Positions 22,720 through 34,076 of a DNA stretch of 64,000 nucleotides are shown here, one piece after another. The first letter of the stretch is position 1. The number at the start of each line of letters is the position of its first letter. The stretch covers positions 2,418,001 to 2,482,000 of the forward strand of contig NW_027117341.1 of NCBI RefSeq assembly GCF_038025025.1, given 5' to 3'. The notes under the pieces are model-generated. The model worked only from the letters and a program-made list of their open reading frames with translations, did no database searches and had not been told where the DNA came from. Source of the stretch: Phyllosticta citribraziliensis. Lineage: Eukaryota. The position numbers were made by a program, and so were the translations under genes.

Positions 22720-23766
22720 ATGGCTCGCCTCAACACTACTCCGTCCGCCAAACGCAAACCCAAACGCAAACGCGAGACCTCTCACGAGCTGTCTGACACC
22801 AGCCGCGAATGGCCCGTCGTGCGCATCCTCGACGAACATGATGATGAGTACCTACTACAATGGGAGGGCGACTGGCTCCCGTCGTGGGAGCCAATGGACT
22901 CAGTCACCAGCGACAAATTGGTCAGCGACTGGCGTCGGCACAAGGCAGGCAGCGAGCGGGTCTACCACCATGTTCCTTACTACTGGCCCGCAAATCGCAT
23001 CATCCGCGAAACAGCACACCACTTCCTCGTAGAATGGTCTTCGGAACAAGCGACGGGTGCGACATACGAGCCGTCGTGGGTCCCCAAAAAGGACGCAACC
23101 GCTTCTCTCCTTGATGAGTGGAGGAGCACGACAAGGTTCGTCGGTCCTGCACGTGCCATCTAAAAGCAAACGGCCGAACATGCATGCTGACGTCATTTTG
23201 CCCACAGGCCCCAGGAAAAGCGCAGTCGTGTGCAAAGGCGAGCCGTTCGATTTCCCGTTTGCGACGCGGACGACAAAAGCTCAAGAGTTAAGGAGGGTGT
23301 GGAGGAACATGGCCACGACAGATCTCCCAGCAGCTCAAACTCGGACCAAGAGACTGCGGAGGAAGAAGGCGGGGACGGGGAAAATACAGCTGGCCAGGGC
23401 ACATCACCCAGCTCAAGCATGGACCAAGGGACTGTGGAGGAACGGGACAACACGGACCAAGAGAATGTGGAGGATCCCAAGGGTACAAACGCCCTTGTCA
23501 ACAGTGGTCGAGCCCGTGACGCCGACCAACAGTATGGTTCAGACATGACCACTGTTCACCCTGTGCCTGCCACATCGTTTCAACCCAATTCCCCCCTATT
23601 CCAGGCGGGCTCGGAGGCCGGCGCACTCAAGAAGCTACGTCGCATGCGCCAAAACAAGGCTCAGTCAGTCGCAGCAGCCGACGTCGTCACCGACAGACAC
23701 CACAGGAGGGTCACTCCCGGGTCACCGATACAGTGGCGGCTGGGACGACTTCCTAGAGCCGAATGA
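22720..23766 (+). CDS. Tandem chromodomain-like protein (~324 aa), copy 2
   Basis: ATG 22720, NLS-like KRKPKRKR, then EWPVVRILDEHDDEYLLQWEGDWLPSWEP and YWPANRIIRETAHHFLVEWSSEQATGATYEPSWVPKKDA. Intron 23136-23207 (GTTCGT..GCTGAC..ACAG) has essentially the same position and phase as in copy 1 and joins in frame to ORF 23230-23766. Confidence 0.85.
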
Positions 23767-24304
23767 GAATACCGGCTTGCCAACGGGTTCAACTCCATCT
23801 ACGGCTCGAGACACAACAGGGCTTTAGACAGGGCCAGGCATGGAGGAACAGTCCAAAAGTGGCGAGCGTGAGCCGCGGGAGCTGCGAAATGACACGGGCG
23901 GGTGTGGTTGATGCACGCAGTCAAATGGCTAGAATAAATCAAACCTTTCGCTGTCGCGCCCGACCCAGAACCCGAGCCCGCGGGCAGGTAGTTACATGCT
24001 GAATTCACTGACACCTAGGTCCTCGGAAGTTCTGCGCAAAATGCCGCTGCGCCGGCCGAAGCGATCAAGGCACATACCAGCCCCCAGACAAACGAGAGCG
24101 AGTATTCAGACGGTCAAGAAGTTCTCGGCCCAAGGCACTACAGCTGCCGCATTGGAACATGGTCGATGGAAAACGAACGCAAGATACAAGTCTTGGACAT
24201 CCACATTCGGCAATCATCCGCCGATATGACCTATCCTCTGTGCCAGCCATGTGTCTTTTGCCTTCCTCTCTCCCTCCCTCTGCCGTCATCATCACAGCGA
24301 CTAC

Positions 24305-24892
24305 TCACTCCTCCGACAACTCCTTCACACGCGCCGAGCTGGGACTGGGACTGAGACTGAGGGCCCGGGACATGATGCGCTTGCGTGCCGTGGTCAGCGT
24401 CACCAACAGCGGTTCTTCCCCGGGGGAAGTCGATTTCGCCTCCAGACCAGAGCCAGCGGTGTAGGCGCTAGTGCTTGAGTGTCCCCTGCTGGTACCCCAA
24501 AGGCGTCGATGCACGTTGCGGCTTGGGTTCTCGCCCGAGGGCAAGTGATCCGCATCTAGGTCGGATAGTGTCCGCTTGCGGCGCGGTCTTGGGGCCAAAG
24601 GGGGGAGTCGTTGAAGGAGCAATGAGATGTTCGTCTTTGCTTGATAGGTGTGGTGGGAGGAGCAGCGAGACGGATAGTCAGTTGATGGAGATGCTCTCCT
24701 TCTCCTCTGTCGTCGGGCCCGTTGCGGGTTTTGGACGATTCTCCGCGTCCTTCTCGCACTGATTCTGGCTGCTCGGTGGAATGATGCTAAGCCGCGTCGG
24801 TCTGGCGGGTCAGGCCTTTTGTTTCCATGATTTTGACGACGAGGGAAAGGAGCGTCTGCTGATGGTTTTGCCGGCGACAGAGCAGCGGCCAT
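24305..24892 (-). CDS. Disordered basic protein, 'RRKRTLSDLD' family, copy 2 (195 aa)
   Basis: LPPLAPRPRRKRTLSDLDAD..RNVHRRLW..TAGS..EEPLLVT..RVKE. The central part matches copy 1 in another frame (AAPPTTPIKQ in ORF 24556-24759), suggesting compensating frameshifts. Confidence 0.7.
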   Translation of the reverse strand: MAAALSPAKPSADAPFPRRQNHGNKRPDPPDRRGLASFHRAARISARRTRRIVQNPQRARRQRRRRASPSTDYPSRCSSHHTYQAKTNISLLLQRLPPLAPRPRRKRTLSDLDADHLPSGENPSRNVHRRLWGTSRGHSSTSAYTAGSGLEAKSTSPGEEPLLVTLTTARKRIMSRALSLSPSPSSARVKELSEE

Positions 24893-27387
24893 TATGATGA
24901 TGAACGACGAAAGAGTGGAACGGTCAGACGAAGGGAGAATCGTAACAGTCCTCCTGGTTTGTTGCTCGGGGGCTTCGTCAATCTTTTAAGCCGTCATCGA
25001 TTCTCCCCTGACGAGGAACAATCTCATAATTCCCGAGACATGATTTGCCGCTTCGCCGGCCCTGAACACCAACGACCTTGACGATCAAACGACATGATGT
25101 AAAGTTGAACGCTGGAAGATGCGCTGTTTGGTCATGGCCAAGCGTGCTGAGCTGTGGCTGACATCTGTTGAAGGCCGGTGTTAAGGGCTGGCTGCAGTGA
25201 TCCTTTCCCCGCGGCCCCTGTATGACTGATATCTTCTAATTCTTGTCCGTGTCCCTGTCCTAGACGCGATGCAGTTTGATCCGTCCTGTCCTCCGGTGGC
25301 TTTTGAGTGCTGGCTCTGGCTGCTGCAGATGCATTGATCATGGATGCCGGCGGCTCTTCAGTCATTGACTGCGTTCATCGTCGCTGGGCTGATTCTGTCG
25401 TTGTGAGATTTCCTTTCTCTATGACGCCTGTACATGTTCACTTACCTCCTGCTCTTCGCTCTCGGTGTTGCTCTGATCCTCATCGCACTGTGCATCCTGC
25501 ACAATGTTCTTTGCTAGGCTTCCACCGGGCGCGACTCTGTTTAGTTGGCCCGGAAAAGCGCTTCTTCTACTTGTCCTGGAGCCTTGGCTACAACTCGGGA
25601 AAGGTTGCTCACATGGATTTTGGTATTCTCGTGGCGTAGCTCGCGCGTCAGTTCTCCGTCGGCGTCGGAGCTTGGGGTGGAGCCACCGAGTGAGTTTTGG
25701 AGATGCGTCATGGGGAGGAGCAAAGGGGGATGAGGCGATAGAATCAGCATGGCATCGAGTGGAGGCAGATGGGTGCAGAAAGGAACTTGCCCTGCTGCTG
25801 GTGAAAGCTGTGGGTTCAGCCGTCCTCTGCGCTGCATCGGTGCCGGCGTCTCTTGAACGACGACGGGAGAAGCAGCGAGTAAGCTGGCTGTAGAGACCAC
25901 GCAGGATGAGCCCTTTGCGCCAACTGCTGACACTGAGCGCTGCTCTCTCGTCGCACCTTTTGCACCTCACGTTCATCTTGCCCTTTGATTCCCTCGACAC
26001 AATCCTTGCACCCACCGCAGCCTTGTTCAAGGCGTCGTCGACATTTGTACAACAAAGACCCGCCACCGTCTCCGACTGAATTAACAGCGACGAGCCAGCA
26101 CCATGTTCGAAGTCCCTGGTCCTTCTCCACACGTTTCGCGGCACCATGGTCGACTACAACCACACGAGTTGCAGGCAACGCATGCGCTCGGCGCCGCAGG
26201 CTGACCACGCCATCCTCGGGCTTGCTGCTGGCTGTTATAGGCTGATGAGATTCAGCAGGTTTGCGTCATGGCCTCGTGATGGCGTGGGGACTGAGGTGGG
26301 AGCGAATCCGAAGAGTGGGGAGGACTAGGCGATTCGGGTGGGGCCGGGCATGTATCGCGGTTGCAATGTCGGCGGGTATGAGTGTGGAGAATCAAGGACA
26401 GGTGGGAGGCAGAGGGCGAACCGCTGGATGCCCGATTCGCCCACCAAGCGGCCTGCTAGTTTGCGAAATATCAGTTCTAACAGCCAACTGATAGCATCCC
26501 GTCTACATCCATATCAATGCTTCCGACTGGAACGATGATCCCAGTCTCCGCGTCCTGCTCACCCTTGTTACCCTCGCTTCCTCCAATTGCCTTATCTGGT
26601 TGGCTGGTGGCATGATGCCCTTCTCTCGGCTTCCCGTGCTCGCCTCTTCGCTCATGTCTCTCGGCTTCCCATGGTCGTGTCTCTTGGCTTCCCTCCCGTT
26701 CTCACCTCCACTTCCTCCTTGTCTCTTGATGTGGAATCGAGGCAGTATCGACATGGGCATGCTTGAGCTGAGGGCATTCCGAGACACGGTCATGTAAGCG
26801 ACCGCAGGCTGGTGGAGGCGTGGTTTCAATGGTGAAGAGAGAGCAAGAAGGTAGCGAACGCGCTCGACGCGTTGGCTTGGAGGCTTTTGGAGAGGGAGAC
26901 GTAGACGTCGGCGTCGCGCGAAGCTGAAAGCCAATGGCGAGCAGATAGAATGGAAAACGACGAGGGCAGATAGATTGCGGTGGAGAGGGCTGGCGGCTGA
27001 CCAGGGCTTGCTTCGGGGGCGACCGACCTAGGTTTGTGGGTACGACGGCGTGTAAATGGTTACTGCGGTTGAGGAAGACGTGACGCTTTGGCTTGCAGGC
27101 CGTAGAAAAGTAGAGAGCGATGCGTGCAGTGCATTGTTCGATGAACTCATCAAGCATTGCAAGAACCATGATGCAACCAGAGGCGGGCAGGGACTCAGGT
27201 CGGTCGCTTACGGCACGGTAGTCCGGACTTCTGGTGATGACTAAGGGCCGCAAGGGAGTACCTGCCCGCCGCCCTGCGTCCTCACCATAACACCACACCC
27301 ACCCCCCGCTGTCGTTCTCACCTCAACACCACATATTCTCCTCTCCTCGACGCGCAATGCCTGCTCTCTGCGGACAAATCCTTCTCC

Positions 27388-29683
27388 ATGGCGCCTCTGC
27401 CCGCAGACCTCGGCGCTAAGTTGCAGCAACTGTGAGACGCGTGCCCATAAGCAGCAGCATACAAGTCGACCTCTGAGGTTCTGAGGGACTTCCTCACTCT
27501 GTTCGATGACACGCGCGCAGATTTCAAGCGCAACAACCTGAGAATCGACAACTACCTTGACAGCGACTCGTACAATGTCGTATGCATCGCCGAAGCAACA
27601 TTTGGGCGCACCAAGCGGCTGGTGCGGCACCTCACCGATGGCCCTTGGCAACTGACGCTGGACGAGCTTCAAGACATCTTTTCCGCCACGGTCCTTCGCT
27701 CCCACGACTTTCTCGAAGCGCTAAACAAATTTGCCGCTTCAAAAGGCTCACGCGTCGGCCGCGATACGGCTATATCAGCTATCAAAAGGGCTCGAGACAC
27801 GAGAAGAAACAAGACAGGCAGGTCGGGAGTTTCTACAACGCGCGACTGGGCGCCGCAGGACATAAAGGATGCATTGTTGGCTTTCCAGTCAAACGTATCG
27901 ACAGAGCCTCGCAGTAGAAGGAGGCAGACATAAGGTACCTACATCTCTTTTCCTCATCCATGTTTCAAAACCGTTCTCACATACCAAGCAGCATCCTCAC
28001 ATGTCAGCTTCTCCATCAAGGTCGCCGTCTTCTAGTCCGAATCATGACTCGCCGAAGCGTCGAAAACTGTCAATCACTGAGGAATCTCCCCTGGGCTTTA
28101 ACGGCTCGCCTTCTTTTCGTAACCGCCCTTCGCATCCCAACACGCCCCCCCGTCTTACCATCTCCGAAAAACTCTCCGGATCCCCTGCCGTCGTTGAGAA
28201 TACCGCTTTGAGTAATCGGTCTGCCAAGCTTAAACCTTGTTCAAGCAAACATGGCCATCCGTCTACACTGTCCACCGCCAGCGATGGCTCGCCTTCGAAA
28301 CATGGCGGGCTTCGAGAAGAATCTCCTGAAGATGTCGAACATGGCCGAAACACCATCGGCTTACCTCTGAATGATGACGCCGTTTCTGACGCTAGCGACA
28401 TTGACTCCGCGGACGCATCAACCTTCCCTATAACAGAGGACGAAACCTTCAACTTTGACATGGGCGAGTTCCTAACCCCCCTAAGCCGGAACACAGTCGA
28501 GGACAAGGAGCAAGATGAAACCCAGCGGCCTTTGGAGCAAGATGAAACCCAGCGAGCTTTGGAGCAAGATGAAAACCACCAGGCTTTTGGGCGAGGTGAA
28601 ACACAGCGGGCTCTGGAACAACTCAGCGGGTCGAATTGGCTTGGACACACTGCAATCTGGATGATTCTCTCGTGCGTCAACGCCGGCAACAGAGCACGCG
28701 TCGTTGAACCTGTCTCGCCGCCCAGGACGGCTGAAGGCTGGCGTGATTGGGGTCAGACCAACTCATTCACCGTGCCAAAAATGTGCGAGGTCGTTCTCAT
28801 TCCGCTCCATGTGGCACCCCGCCAGCACTGGGTCCTGGTAATAATGGACATGTTGCGGCGACAAGCGACACTGGTTGATTCAACGAGGGATGACGAAGAG
28901 GACGCAAACGTCTTCGAGGCTTGCGGTCAAGCATTGCTCGCATCGATTGGCATCAAAGATGGAGACTCATGGCAGCTGCGCAAGTGTCAGGATGCGCCCC
29001 AGCAGAAGGGGCCAGATGATTGCGGCATCTACATGCTTGTCAACTGCCTTCGAGCCATGCAATTCAGCAACCTCAACTGCCAAGACGTCGATGCTGGCCT
29101 ATGGCGCTTCCTATTCAAGAGCGCTCTTGATGCGGGCGTTTCCAAAGAAAGGACAGACGTCATCATTCCGCGCGCGCCGTCGTCGGCGGACTTGGGCAAC
29201 GAAGTGGAGCAGTATGAGGCATCGGGGAGGCACCTGAAGAAAATTCGCTCGTTTGAACGCGCAGCGGAAGAGACGACAAGGACTTTGGCTTTGGCCTGCC
29301 AGCGCGCCATGGCCATACCCACCCTCGCTCAACTGAAAGAGGATGCAAAGTGGAGAAAGTGTGCTCTCTCCCAGCTCGGCTCCGGCATTGCGCACAGCGA
29401 AGACGACACGCTTCGTAACAGCCTGGAAAAAGCAATTCGAGACCGAGAAGAGGAGATTGCAGAAATGTCAAAGGCCATCATCACTCTTGAGCAGCAAAAA
29501 TCAATCCTTCAACGCGTTTTCGGTTTGGCCAGCAAAGTCCACCAAGACGCCCGGCGCTCACTTGGGGAAGCGGAGTCTGCTCAGCACAAGAGACGGACAG
29601 AGCTACAGCGTATGCGGGACGAGGCGCGTGCGGTAGCTCAAAGGATAGAGAAGGCGTTTGAAACTAAGAGTCAAACTGACTAG
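27388..29683 (+). pseudogene. Ulp1/peptidase C48-like protease, copy 2; exon 1 has three premature stops, protease exon intact
   Basis: Exon 1 (27388-27934) is homologous to the N-terminus of copy 1, with stops at 27433 (TGA), 27448 (TAA) and 27931 (TAA). Intron 27935-28007 (GTACCT..CTCAC..TCAG). Exon 2 has NWLGHTAI, VLIPLHVAPRQHWVL, TLVDS and PQQKGPDDCGIY, then a coiled coil to 29683. Confidence 0.85.
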
Positions 29684-31256
29684 CTGCCTGGCTGCTTCGC
29701 GCTAAGGGGAGAAACTTGGTTGCTTGCTTGCTCATGGAAAAGGAAAGGAATGAAACGTCTTGCAGTGCGTGCTCGTCAGCTGTGCGCGTGCCTTGAGTGG
29801 TCAGTTGCAGTTGAGGACGTCCCGTGGCGTTGTGAAATCCTCATGGGCCCGGAAACTGCTGCATCGCAGGGGGGGCTCGCTGCAGCAGCACAGCACAGCC
29901 GTACATATTGAAGAAGAAGAAGAAGTCTCTGACGAGCTTGAGCGCACCCGCAAACCTCTCTCTCCCGTGTAAGTAAGCAGCCTTTGTTACTACTGTACTC
30001 AGCTCGTCCGCGACTCGCAAAGACTGGGTGGGTGGCGGCTCCGAGGCCCTTTTGCTCTCGCTTGTTGGGCAACGAACGGGAAAAATGTGTCTGTCGGACG
30101 AGGGAGGGCTTCATCGGGCGAAGATGAGATGAGAGGAGGAGGAGACTGGGCCCCCGTCCGGACTTCTCTGCAGCGTGTTGCTCTCAGCGGCGCGTCCAAG
30201 TAGCAGCTCCCTCTCCATCCACGACACGTCCACTCCTCTGCCTCCCGTCGTTCAAGCATGCCGCAGCCACCGTCGCGCAACTCGGACCACGATATGGGAT
30301 TGAAGCCCACCAGCTGCTCATCTCAAGGTCGATGACGTCCACACGCCCACACAGGCACCCGATCCACCGACCACGAGCCCCCGCGAACCTCCATCTACCA
30401 CCGCCGCAGCCCTCACCCGTCGGCCTGCCGCGTGCAGCCGACAGTCACCTCCCTACACCATGTCGCCGCCTGCACTTCACCAGACGCCCTGAAGCCGGGG
30501 CCAGAGAGGAGCCTGTCACCGCCGCCGCCGCCGCCGCCTTCCCTCCTCCTTGTTGTCTCGTTCGTTGCCATGCGTCGGCGTCGCGCGTCGCCACGGACGA
30601 CATCGACAAAGATATGATGGGGCCTGCTTGGTGTGGTGCATGTTTTGGGTCTGTCGAGCTTTGCACGGCGGCTGCCAGCGTGGCGCCCCGCTCGGCTGCA
30701 CAGTCAAGGCGCCTTTGCACCTGCTGCTGCTCCTGCTCCTCGCCCTGCTGCGCGCTGCTGTTGGGCGACTGCTCGCCGAAGAAGAGACGGCGGCGTACAC
30801 GGCGAATGGCTTTTTTTTTTCTTTTTTTTTTGGCGGGATAGCGGCTCCTCGTCTGCGTTGATGAGGCGTCGCTTGCGTGACGGACGCGGCGGCGGCGGCG
30901 TTGTTGGCGTCGCGTGTCTTGTTCGTCGTGTTGGCGTCTTGGGCGCTGCTGCAGCAGCAGAGAGGGCGGAGAGGGCAGCGGCCTGCAGCTCTTGGGCGGG
31001 ACGTGCGAGTTGAGAGATGTCTGGGGTGTAGCGGACTCAGGTCTTCGGGTCATGACGTCATGTTCCGAAACATCGGATCTGCCCGCCGGCGGGGAGAGGG
31101 GCCCTCATGGGTCGCCGCCAGCATCAAAGCTCGAAACGCGTCTCACCACCGTCATTTCTTCCTCCCTCCTGCCTCGCCCTGCCTTCTTCAATTTTCACTC
31201 CACGAGTCTGCCTCTCCTAGGGCCGCGCGCGCTTACAGCTGCGACGGCCACTTGTC

Positions 31257-31522
31257 CCAATTTATCAACCCCTTTACTCTTCTGTCACCTTCTGTCACCA
31301 TGTCATCCTCAAACAAGTCTCCCAATTTATCAACCCCTTTATCAACCTTGTGTCACCTTCTATTACTATGTCGTCCTTAAACAAGTCTCCTAATTTATCA
31401 ACCCCGTTATCAACCTTCTGTCACCTTCTGTCACTATATCATCCTTAAACAAGTCTCTCAATTTATCAACCCCTTTACCAACCTTCTGTCACCTTCTGTC
31501 ACTATGTTGTCCTCGAACAGGC
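31257..31522. repeat. ~68-bp pyrimidine-rich tandem repeat, 4 copies
   Basis: Anchor aatttatcaacccc at 31259, 31324, 31392 and 31460. Each unit contains (cttctgtcac)2-like and aaacaagtctc motifs. Confidence 0.95.
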
Positions 31523-32199
31523 CCCTTCATGTCATGGCTGGAGACTACTGGCGCGACAACAAGCAAGATGCGAGAAATGCTAACTGGACGAAGATCGAGT
31601 CTCCTTCCGGCATCCCTAACCGTCCCGCCAAGCTCAACGGCCTGGGCACCCACAAGAGGAATTTTCTCCTCTGGGGCGAGCCTTGTAGTGGGGGAGGAGA
31701 GGGCCGGCGCAAGCGCGATGGCGACGCTTGACAATTAGGGGTTTTAGTTTGTTTTGTTTTGTTTTGTTTTCCTTTTCTTTGTTTTCATCCCGAAAATGAC
31801 AGGAGTCTGACGAGCCAAAGCCGGGGACTGTTGCTTTCTAAGGGGAAACCCCAGAGCGGGAGCACAAGTACGCAAGCGAGCGAACCATGATGTCTTAGTC
31901 TATTAGAGTAGTGTCGCTTTCGACCTTCCCCCAGTCGGTTTCCAGTACCGGCCTGAGGATCTAGAGGAAGACAGGGATGCTGTAATACTATAATGCGCTA
32001 TTGTTGCTTACCTGTCGTCACCATCCTCTTTACCGATTGCGAATTCTCGCAGCCTGCATTCACTCTTACGCTGCATAAGGACGCTCCCTCTACCTCGACA
32101 CACGATTTGCCATTCTTCTTCTAACAACACATGATGCTTCTCTACCGACTCTCAACCTAAACCCCAGTCGTGTTCATCCCTTTGACTGTCCAAGGGGTC

Positions 32200-33910
32200 C
32201 ACGCATGTCGTTGATGCGCTAGGACAGATTGTACGCCCCGGAGCTGCCGGCTCGCGGCAAGGGGCTGCACATTGGGAAGAATTTTCATGTCGTTCTCGCC
32301 ATCAGATGCCGTCGGGCAGGACATAGGGAGTGTCTATAGATGTATAAATAATGTCGTCAGTAAGCGTCAGGAGGTACAGGGCACAGCAAGCAGGCTTCTT
32401 CTACTTACCCCTATCTAGATGGCCCAGTGAAATGTCCTAACTGTCCTAGTCATTAAGCGCCTAGACTAGACCGCTGCTCTGCCATCCTACCTGTCATGTT
32501 TGCTGCTGACTATGCCACTCTTTCGCATTTCATTTCATCCATGTACTTGGTCAGGCTACCCTGCAGCTTTTAAGTAGCCTTCTACGGGTATCTTGAGTTG
32601 GCGCTGCCAATGTTGAACTTTATAAAGAGTGACTCAACGTCACTATTTGGCATTTTCTGCGTGTACGAGTGATGCGCCATCTAGAGACAGATTGTGGTGA
32701 TGGAGTAGTTGCGCGAGCCCCACTAAATGTGTTGAACGGGGCCATCATCATTGATGATAACGCCAAAAAACGTCTTGGTCTCTTGTTAGCACGCCTCTTA
32801 ACATGCTGATATCGGGGTATGAAGGAGAGACCTACCGGCTGTCCTTTGCAGTCTTCCTCCCTTGGCCTTACGGCGTTTGACAGGTTCAGCGTCATTGCCA
32901 GCACTCGTGCTTGTGGGAAACATGGTCGTGGGTTGTGAAGAGATGGGAAGTCTAAGTTGGAGTGAGAGAATGGCGACAACGTGCGGAGCGAAATTTGACG
33001 GTAGGCTTTAGATGATGGCGAGCTGCAACCCTTCCTGTGTCGTTTGATGATGCCTCAGTCTCAATTAACTCATGCATGTGGTGGACTGGCGGCGCGGCAG
33101 GTTGCACCAAAGCCCTAGCCGCTCTGTTGCGGAAGACCGACTGTGGTCAGAACCACCAGGACGAGAGACTTAGACCGGCCAACGGCATAAAAGCAGCTCG
33201 AAACATTTTACTCCGACTTGTAGCGGCCGTGGCCCATGTCCCTTTTTGGAACCTTGGGGACGATCAGGGGTCCTTTTGCTCACAGCCGCAGCAGCATTCA
33301 ACAATGATCCAGCTGGAAGGATTTCACCCATGTTGTGGCGCAATGTGTCGTTCTCTTGCCGTCAAATAAGTCATGCTCCTAAACTTGTGGTCTCGGCGGG
33401 TGCTTGCATTTGTTGCCTTTCACTCGTTGCATTGGTAGCACCCGTAGGTCAACCAAACCTGCAACCTGGCGGCGGCCATGGGCGGCGGGATGGCGTGATG
33501 ATGCCACCGATGGAGCAAAGCGAGACTTGCATTTTGGAGCTTTTCCTGCCTTTTGCCGCGGCCGCTTTGGTTTTTGGAGCGCATCATGATTGCAGATGAA
33601 TTGCAGACGACAAAGATTGAGGATTGGAATTGAAGTGTGGGTCGAAGTGTTGGGGAGGGCAAGGTACCATGAACCCATTCGAAGCCCGAGTTGCCTTCGA
33701 TGTTGATTCCGCTGACGCGAGAAGGGAAGACACGAGAAGAGAGTCTGACTGAGACAATAGAAACAGGGCATTGACCTACCTCTCGATTCCATCCATGCGA
33801 TAGACAGGATGCAGGGATGCGCAAACAGTCGTTGAATCTGGTCCGCCGCTGTTTGTATCCTTGTCGACGGGAGAGAGCTGCAGTCTTGAGACACGCAATA
33901 ATGCAGAACC
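32200..33910 (-). pseudogene. Multi-exon orphan pseudogene with TAG/TAA stops
   Basis: Minus-strand introns at ~32836-32777 (GTAGGT..GCTAAC..AAG), ~32408-32336 (GTAAGT..CTGAC..TAG) and ~33779-33712. The spliced frame reads ..EEDCKGQP|TFFGVIINDDGPVQHI*WGSRNYSITTICL*MAHH. Boundaries are approximate. Confidence 0.45.
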
Positions 33911-34076
33911 ATTTAGAAAGTCGATTGCTCCCTCTTCTCTTTCTTTCTCTTTCCAAAACTCTCTTCTTCGGCCATCTCTGCACCTCGTCCTCCACCGCCG
34001 CGACCCATCCTGACACCGCGGCCGTCGTGCCCGTCGTCACTCTCGGCCGTCGTCCACCTCCAGCAGCGTCCCAGCG

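Noticed and set aside
27433..27933. Premature stops as sexual-stage A-to-I editing sites
   Set aside because: The stops are TGA/TAA rather than TAG, and the one at 27931 aligns to Gln in the paralog (QASPS), which fits C>T mutation. Isolated TAG stops elsewhere (e.g. 36024) remain untested.
6200..29683. Polinton/Maverick or endogenous DNA virus explaining the cysteine proteases
   Set aside because: No protein-primed polymerase, integrase, packaging ATPase or capsid motifs are seen. The genes have spliceosomal introns and the proteases are long multi-domain Ulp1-like proteins.
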